In this document: positions 45,043 to 64,000 of the stretch, piece after piece | Position numbering within the stretch: the stretch's first letter is position 1 | Layout: the number at the start of each line of letters is the position of its first letter | NCBI RefSeq assembly: GCF_009914755.1 | Contig: NC_060928.1 | From: the human T2T-CHM13v2.0 reference genome, Homo sapiens | Length of the DNA stretch: 64,000 nt | Reading direction: 5' to 3' (one strand) | Notes under the pieces: model-generated | Seen by the model: only the letters and a program-made list of their open reading frames with translations | Told to the model about the DNA's origin: nothing | The model's database searches: none | Made by a program: the position numbers and the translations under genes

Positions 45043-46146
45043 ATTTGAGTACCTGCTACATTGACAGCGCTGTGAGACTTGGATGTGTGGATGACTCTGG
45101 GAGGAGGAGAAGCACGTAAGGGCAGCAGCAGTACATTCTGTTAATATGCAGCATCTATAAGGAAAAGATATGCAAATATGAAATTTAAAATTAATATACA
45201 AGTTGATTAATAGAATCATTTGAATAGTGCTTTGTGAATTATAAAATAACATATACACTTCTCTTGTTTAGTCTTCATAATCACCATATATTGTTTATTT
45301 TCTCCATTTTGTAGAACACTTATGTACTTCTAGGTGTTGGCAGCATAAGGCATAAGTATTATGGTCAGTACAGATTTTCCTGGCATTTGGTGGTTGCCAT
45401 TCCCACCTGAGAGAATGTTGAGTAGCAGTTGTCTCTGGTGTCTTCTTTTTTTTCTATCTCTCACTCACTGCTTGGGCCTTTCCCCTCGGCTCTACTCTCC
45501 AAGCACATCTTGCCTTTGTGCCGCTCATTGGCTGCGTAATCACCTTCTTCCCAACCACTGTGGCTCCTTTTGCCTGAGTCTAAGGTCTCCACAGTGTGCC
45601 CCATTGTTCAAAGTCACCACTTCCTTCTGTATTTCTAATTCCCAAACTGAACTGCCATTTCCTTCAAAAGGCCAATCCCAGGTAGGGGCTAGAGGTTTCC
45701 TGCCTTTTTAAGCTGGGCTATGTGTGGGTATGGGTGTGGGTAGGTGAGTCAGTGCAGTTGGGCAGTAGAGTCAGGGCTGGGCAGCCTCCAGCCCCCTCAA
45801 AAGATATGTGTGGTGGTGTAGACAGGCCTCAAGACTGGGTGGTCGCGAGCAAGGGGGATACAGTCTTATATGCAGATTGAGGCTTACAAGACACCAGTTC
45901 AGCCTAGATGTAAAGGATGTTTACAGCTGCAACCAGCAGACAGAGGCTTGGGCAGAGAGAGGGATGCAGATCTGTATCTGTGAACGTCCTAAAGGAACAG
46001 AGGTCCTTATAATAGAAGCAAAAGTGGGACTGCAATTTGAGTTAACATTGGGTCTGGGGGGGTAGTCAATGTCACTTCCTTTTCCACTGATGATGTATTT
46101 TGATAAGGAAAGATTGAAGGGCAGCGTTGTTAAGAAGAACAATGGT

Positions 46147-47290
<1,144 letters not shown>

Positions 47291-47408
47291 TTATTTGAGA
47301 AAACTATCTGTTTTGAGTATAATAGAAGCCAGTTGAAAACTTGATGGGTGTAACCGTTTCTAAAGCAATTAATTTCTCCTCACATGGAAAATAGATCATC
47401 AATAATAA

Positions 47409-47654
<246 letters not shown>

Positions 47655-48049
47655 TAGAGTATCTTGAGAATCTCTGTAAATCCTAATCTAATTTGGCCAG
47701 ATGTCTTAGTATTTTTGTTCTAATTTTAGTGTGTGCAATTTCATGAGCTAAGAGTCCACTTGTGTTCCAAAGCATCAGGTAAAAAATCAAATATTTGCAG
47801 CTATTGTAGGTAATCAGAAGTTCATCTTCGGTAATTACATTTGACTCACATTGTGGTGAAACTAAAATTTATACTAAACCTTACCATTGTTAGCCAGTTA
47901 AAAGGAAATATGCAACTAAAACACCACAGGTTTTTGCAATTTGTGGAATTTGTTCTCCTGTATCTCTCTGACTTTGATACTTTTTCTTCCTTTTGCTTTG
48001 AAGGCTGAATTTCTCCTTGTCTTTATAAGACCACTAGGTGGTACATTTT

Positions 48050-48670
48050 CCATGGGAGCTAAGATTGTGATGTGGTTGTTGCAAAAGCTAATTCAATGTT
48101 AGGTTGCATTAGTGGAATATATACAGTGTACAGTTGTGGAGAGGTGATAGTGCTACTGTGTGCTACTTTAGTCGGAACACACTGGACATGTATGTGCAGT
48201 TATGTATGTTATACCTTAAGAAATGATAATAAACTTGAGACTATTCAGAAGGTGGGAAATGAGATATTGGGCTCCTGGAAACTATGTTATGTGAAAAATA
48301 ATTAAGAGAAATGACATGTTTAGTTTAAAAAGAGAATAAGAAAGTGGTGACAGCTGTGTTAAAATATTTAAAGGGTTGACATCTGGAAGAGGAAGAAGAG
48401 GTGAAAGTAAAATTACTTTATGTTAATCCTAGAACTAGAAGTAGAACATTGACAGGGCAGCAGACGTCAGCTTAGTGGAGGAAAATCTTTCTGACTAGCT
48501 ATTGGGTAATGGAAACTGTCCAGTAACGGAAAGTGAACCAGCATTCCACCCTCATCCCTGCAAGTTTTCAAGCCCAGGCTGGAACTGTGACTTTACATGG
48601 ATTTTAGAAAAGATTCCTACATTCAGAGAAAGGTTGAACTAGACAGCTTGAGTCTTTTGCATCATAGAAT
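48050..48670 (+). mobile_element. L3/CR1 LINE 3' fragment
   Basis: Translation AKANSMLGCI...GEVIVLLCATLVGTH resembles the CR1 RT C-terminus (KANAILGCI...REVIVPLYSALVRPHLEY). Confidence 0.75.
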
Positions 48671-49081
48671 ACTGCGAAAGAAGGCCCAATTCTTCCCACA
48701 GGGTTTCCTCAATTACTTATTTATCAATTCATTCAATAAAATCCACTGTACCAAATACATAAAATTTGGTAGTTATGTATACACATAAATTTGGTAATGT
48801 GTCTATAGTTATAAACAAAGGAATACTTTATTGCCACTTCTTGAGACCTCAGTTTGATGTTGCATGTAAATAAAATGCCCTTTAGTTAAAACATTTTGTA
48901 CTTTTTTAAGTTTATATTTCCCTGCTTTTCTAAGTAGACTTTTCTGCTGCTTGAACATACATGTAACCATTGTTCATTGGCTTAAGCTCTTTATTATGAA
49001 CATCAGCTATTTTATAATACCTTAATATAGAAAACCTCTCAGGAGCTGTTTAAGTATAAAGCCAAGATTTTCCTTAGGCTA

Positions 49082-55500
<6,419 letters not shown>

Positions 55501-55981
55501 ACAAAACCCAAACTAATAGCCTACCCCTAGAGAGTAATCATGTATTTATTTGAGAAAAAAAATTTTCCATATTAGGCTCGTAGGTTTGTCATTTAATTGA
55601 TAGGTTTTTGATTAGGGAAAGAAATATGTGGGGAGCAGCCTATGAAAATTGGCCAAGTGGCTGGCAGTTATGACCAGCACTATCTCAAATCATACTACAG
55701 AGGAGACTGGCCATTGCAGAGGGGCCCTCAGTGGTGACTGGAATTTTTATTTCAGAGATTTAAGAGGAGGAATTGGTATAGAATGAAGTGTTTTTCATAA
55801 TGAAGGTCATAACTCATTCATAACAGATCATAAAATCAATTCCAGTTTTTTTATAATGAAATTAAATTAAAATTTAAAAATTAGAGTGCATTGTATAGGA
55901 TAAGTATTATTTCATAATAATTTTGGTTTCAGATACACAAACACACATTTACATATACTGTATCACAATATAAAATGTAAA

Positions 55982-56303
<322 letters not shown>

Positions 56304-56481
56304 CAAAAATGTACTTCTTACTGTGGATCATAGCAAAAAAATTTTAAGAAACACCAATCTGATAGAAAGAGCATGACTGTGGGATAGATGTTCCTAAGAT
56401 AGAAGCAGTGTATATAATCGATTAGAAGTTGATTGTAGTAATGGAAAATCCAGTTGTTGTTTCTCCATCCAACAGTTATAA

Positions 56482-56664
<183 letters not shown>

Positions 56665-57356
56665 TAACATGCTGCCTACCCTCTTTTTCTAGATGTGTTT
56701 TCCTTTCTTCCTGTTTATTTTTCCCTCTTATCAAATGAACTTTTCTGACTCTTTCTTCCATGCCTAATGTATCAGTCAGGATTGGATCAGAGAAGCAGAA
56801 CCACTATGGATGATGTAGAATACAGGATTTATTATAGAGATTAGCCCTTCAGCAACTGTGGGAACTGGTGGAGAAGCCTGTGGAAGGCTGTTATGGCAGC
56901 TGGGACTTGAGTCTGGTTATACATCTAGAAGCAATGAGATATAATAGGGGCAAGTCAGCAGTTCCCTGGAATATGTCTATGATAGGGGAAGCCTCTATGG
57001 GTTCTTTAGGCAAGGAGGGTCTAACCTCTTCCGATGGAGGAAAGGTTGATTCTAATAGCAAGGGAGGCTCAGCAGTATTTTGGGGTTTAAAGTCCCCAGC
57101 TTCATTGGAATCTGCCTATATATCCCCATTCCAATGTTGAAGGCCCCACTCTTGTCCAATCATTGCTCTAACTTTAACATAAAAGACTGTTCAAATTTGG
57201 AAATTCAATTTTCACTATAATTCACCCACTCATAAAATTAGATTCTGGGTCTGGTTTTCAGAATGTTCAGCCCTGTGCTATTAGAAGATAAGGCTTTCAA
57301 AATTTTAGAGAAGTCATAGAAGCTTTTTGGTTCTGTATGTGGACATTACCGTGGGA

Positions 57357-57665
<309 letters not shown>

Positions 57666-57954
57666 TAAAGGCCTGAACTTACCACTTTCTTTTCTCAAGT
57701 TCTTCAGTTCACTTAGAAGCAACCAAGCAATCCTACTGCACTTATTTATTTCACTAAAATGTTTGCTTGTAGCAGCTGCTTCATCACCCAAAGCCTTGCT
57801 TTCTGTTTTGCCACTGCACGCCATGGACTACAGTGTATTTTTTTTCACCACTAGCAATAGGATCATTAATGCCTTTAAATCTAATCAGTTTGGAAAACAA
57901 ACTCCAGATAATCTAAAACCAATACAGAGAACCCAGCCTTAAAGTTCTCATCTA

Positions 57955-58936
57955 GGTGTCTGTTGCTTTATGCCAAACCATCCCCAAACTTAGTGGCATA
58001 AAACAACAATGATTTTATTATGTTCAAGGATTTTATGACTGAGAAATTCTGACTGGGCAAGCAGGTATGGCCTTTTCTCTGCTCCATGATGTCTGGGGCC
58101 TCAGCTGGGAAATCTGTAATGCCTTGGGTGTCTGAAATGGTGGGGGGCTGGAATCATCTGGAGGCTCCTTTACACTTGTCTTAGTCAGCTTGGGCTGCTG
58201 TAACCTAAAACCATCGTCTGGGTAAATTAAACAAAAGATATTTATTTCTCACAGTTCTGAAGCCTGGGAAGTCCAAGATTAAGATACTGGCATATTCTTT
58301 TCTTGGTGAGGGCCCACTCCCTGGCTTGCAGACAACCACGATTTTGCTGTATACTCACATGACCTCTTCTTTGTAGGTTCTCAGAGAGAAAGATCTCTGG
58401 TCTCTCTTCCTTTTCTTATAATGACACTAATCCTATTATGGGGGCTCCAGTCTCATGACTTCATCCAAATCTAATTACTACCCAAAGTGCCCCACCTCCT
58501 AATTCAATCACTGGGGGTTTGGGCTTCAACATGTGAATTTCAGAGGGACACAAACAGTCAGTCCACAATAACACCTGTGTGTGGTGCCCAGGCTGGGATA
58601 ATCTGAAAGCTAGATAGACTCAGTTGGGAATATCTGTAGGAGTTCCTTCATATGGTCTCTCCATGTGGCTTAGACCTTTCTTGTCAGGAGAGCTGTTCTG
58701 AGAAGGAATATACTAATATGGAGTGTCTCAAGGGTGAATATTTTGAGAGAACAGGTGGAAGCTGCATGGTTTTTATGGCTTGGCCTTAGAAGTCACATAA
58801 CATTACAGCAGTCATACTCTGTTTATTGTTGTAGTTACAAGTCTGGCCAGATTCAAGGGGGCAGCGACACAAACCCCACCTCTCAATTAAGAGAAGTGTC
58901 AAAGAATTTATAGGCACTTAAAAAAAACTGCCACAC
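57955..58936 (-). mobile_element. MLT1-type MaLR LTR with a second MLT1 LTR nested (~58177-58575)
   Basis: ccccaaacttagtggcataaaacaacaa; inner tgtcttagtcagcttgggctgctgtaac...cagtccacaataaca. Confidence 0.7.
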
Positions 58937-59276
58937 CCAATGATGTAAGCTTTTTAGGTATCCTTGAGCATGGATTTTATATGCAGAAAAGACTGTTTAG
59001 AGGTATGCTATAAATAATCAATAGCCTCATTTTTAAATTTTCAAATTTAAAAGTTGATTTTTCTTAGGCTTTTAAGTTTGGCTTGCAAGTTTTATTATTT
59101 TATTTATAATTCCAGGAGTTTTTAACAATTAATTTTAAGAGCCCTAAATAATTTTTTTTACATAGCTGCCCCTAAAATGTTTATTTTATAAATTTACCTT
59201 TTACACTTTATTTTCATTCAACTTACTCATTTTACAGTGCAAAAACAATTGTACTTTATCCATTCTTCCTTGGTCC

Positions 59277-59311
<35 letters not shown>

Positions 59312-59329
59312 TCTTCATTCAACTTTTTT

Positions 59330-62370
<3,041 letters not shown>

Positions 62371-63066
62371 AGGTATTAAGTTCAAAATTATGCATGGCTA
62401 AAAGGTTCATTCAATGTGCAAGATAAGCAAATGGATTGTAAGGTAATGAAGTACAAAAAGTTCATTCACATAGTTTCAAACGGTACTTTTTGCAGCTACC
62501 ATTTAAGAAACTAGCACTTTTCAAGTTGTAGTATCGAGGAAGAATATCCACAGTTATCTGAAAAGGCTCTTGGGCTCAATCCATCCTCCTGCTTCAGCCT
62601 CACAAACTGCTGATGTCACAGGCATGATCCACCACACCCAGCCTTATGGTTCTTTCTAAGTTGAAAATTACATTAAGGAAAGGAACTGTATCTTATTATT
62701 CCTTGTTGGGTCTTACATACTATAATTGACTAAGAAATATTTGTTTAATAAATTGAATAAGTACATGATTATTTTAAGTCTTTTTAGATCATAAGCCTTA
62801 ATTGAAAGCAATGGTTGTCATATATTTCTTTCATTTTCCCAGAGGCTGAGAGGACAGACAGCTTTATTCACGCTTTAAAATGCTTAAAATGTTTAATTAG
62901 TACTTTGTTGTGTCGTACAAAGAGGTAGGATCTTCAGTTTGAATGTTACCTCTACATCTTACTGTGTAAACTTAAATAAATTAATGAATCTCACAATACC
63001 TTGGTTTCTGTCTTAGAGAATTAGAAATAAAAATGATACCCGAGGTGATGAATAAATGATTCAATA

Positions 63067-63440
63067 TGTTATGGTTTGATTTGTGTCCCCATCCAAATCT
63101 CATGTAGAATTATAATTCCCAGTGTTGGAGGAGGGGTCTGGTGGGAGGTAATTGGATCATGAGAGTGGATATCCCCCTTGCTGTTCTTGTGATAGTGAGT
63201 GAGTTCTCAGGAGATTTGGTTGTTAAAAGTGTGTAGCACCTTCCCCTTTGCTCTGTCTCCTGTTCCCACCATGTAAGATGTGCTTCCCCTTTGCCCTTCC
63301 ACCATGATTGTAAATTTCCTGAGGCCTCCCCAGCCATGCCACCTGTACACCCTGCAGAACCATGAGCCAACAAGACCTCACTTTACAAATTACCCCATCT
63401 CAGGTAGGTCTTTATAGCAATGCAAGGATAGACTAATACA
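63067..63440 (+). mobile_element. MSTA-like MaLR solo LTR
   Basis: tgttatggtttg...ccaaatctcatg...cctgaggcctccccagccatg...gactaataca. Confidence 0.88.
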
Positions 63441-63651
63441 CAAAACATGTGAAACACTGTCAGTGTTAGTATCATCATCATAATCTTCATCATCAATTAA
63501 ATAGCACAAAAAGGAATTTGATTAATACACAAAACATGTAAAATTTGACTAATACACAAGACTAATACACAAAACATGTGAAACACTGTCAGTGTTAGTA
63601 TCATCATCATCATAATAATCATCATCAATTAAACAGCACAGGAAGGAATTT
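63431..63651 (+). repeat. Local ~90-bp direct duplication with two partial copies in between
   Basis: ga(c/t)taatacacaa starts at 63431, 63520, 63547 and 63560. Confidence 0.9.
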
Positions 63652-64000
63652 TAACCCACAGTTAAAGCCCCATTTTATTTCGTTATTGATTATATTTTCC
63701 TTCAAAGTTTTGTGGTAAGCTTTGATTTTGAATACAAGTAATTTAAATAGAAGACCATGTAATTTGGACAAATTTCCACAATTCAGATAGTGAAGAATAA
63801 CTTGGGAGTCTAGTGGGGAGACGTATGGTTCTGCTTTTCTTCTTATTGGCTTTGGCTTCTTTTTCTTATCTATTCCAATTAGAAGAGAGACACTTAAATT
63901 CACTTTAAGCATGGTGATTTGTGATAATATGAGCCCCAATTCCCAAAGGGCAAAAATAATTATGAACAAAGCTAAGTCACCCTTTATAGCAGGGATCCCC

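Noticed and set aside
45300-46080. Non-Alu, moderately GC-rich intronic stretch with short ORFs
   Set aside because: Possibly an old LTR remnant, but I cannot assign a family or a phase-compatible exon.
63431-63651. Repeat-spacer-like pattern resembling a CRISPR array
   Set aside because: Eukaryotic DNA; the intervening sequences are copies of each other, not unique spacers, and there are no cas genes.
63625-63969. 114-aa minus-strand ORF (…DKKKKPKPIRRKAEPY…)
   Set aside because: No recognisable homology or splice context; AT-rich and consistent with chance.

Overview
Human (primate) genomic DNA, very rich in Alu, L1 and L2 repeats. It contains the CpG-island promoter and first six coding exons of THEGL/SPMAP2L (testicular haploid expressed gene-like) on the + strand. 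The gene name comes from my recall of the protein. The exons are 2685-3177, 20797-20830, 24554-24619, 31395-31523, 47516-47653 and 56508-56622, giving 325 codons with all introns GT-AG and phase-compatible; the gene continues beyond the window. The most notable non-repeat feature is an intronless, frameshifted SPEF1-family calponin-homology (CH) domain fossil in intron 1 (~16700-17000). It has kept an orphan CpG island and carries a near-consensus CTCF site. Other observations: a sense solo HERV-E LTR2, an inverted Alu pair that shares a copied ~70-bp unique flank, fused head-to-head Alu palindromes (one beside exon 4), and several templated-insertion repair scars. Repeat subfamily calls and most repeat boundaries are by eye and approximate. 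I see no evidence of a prokaryotic-type novel system.
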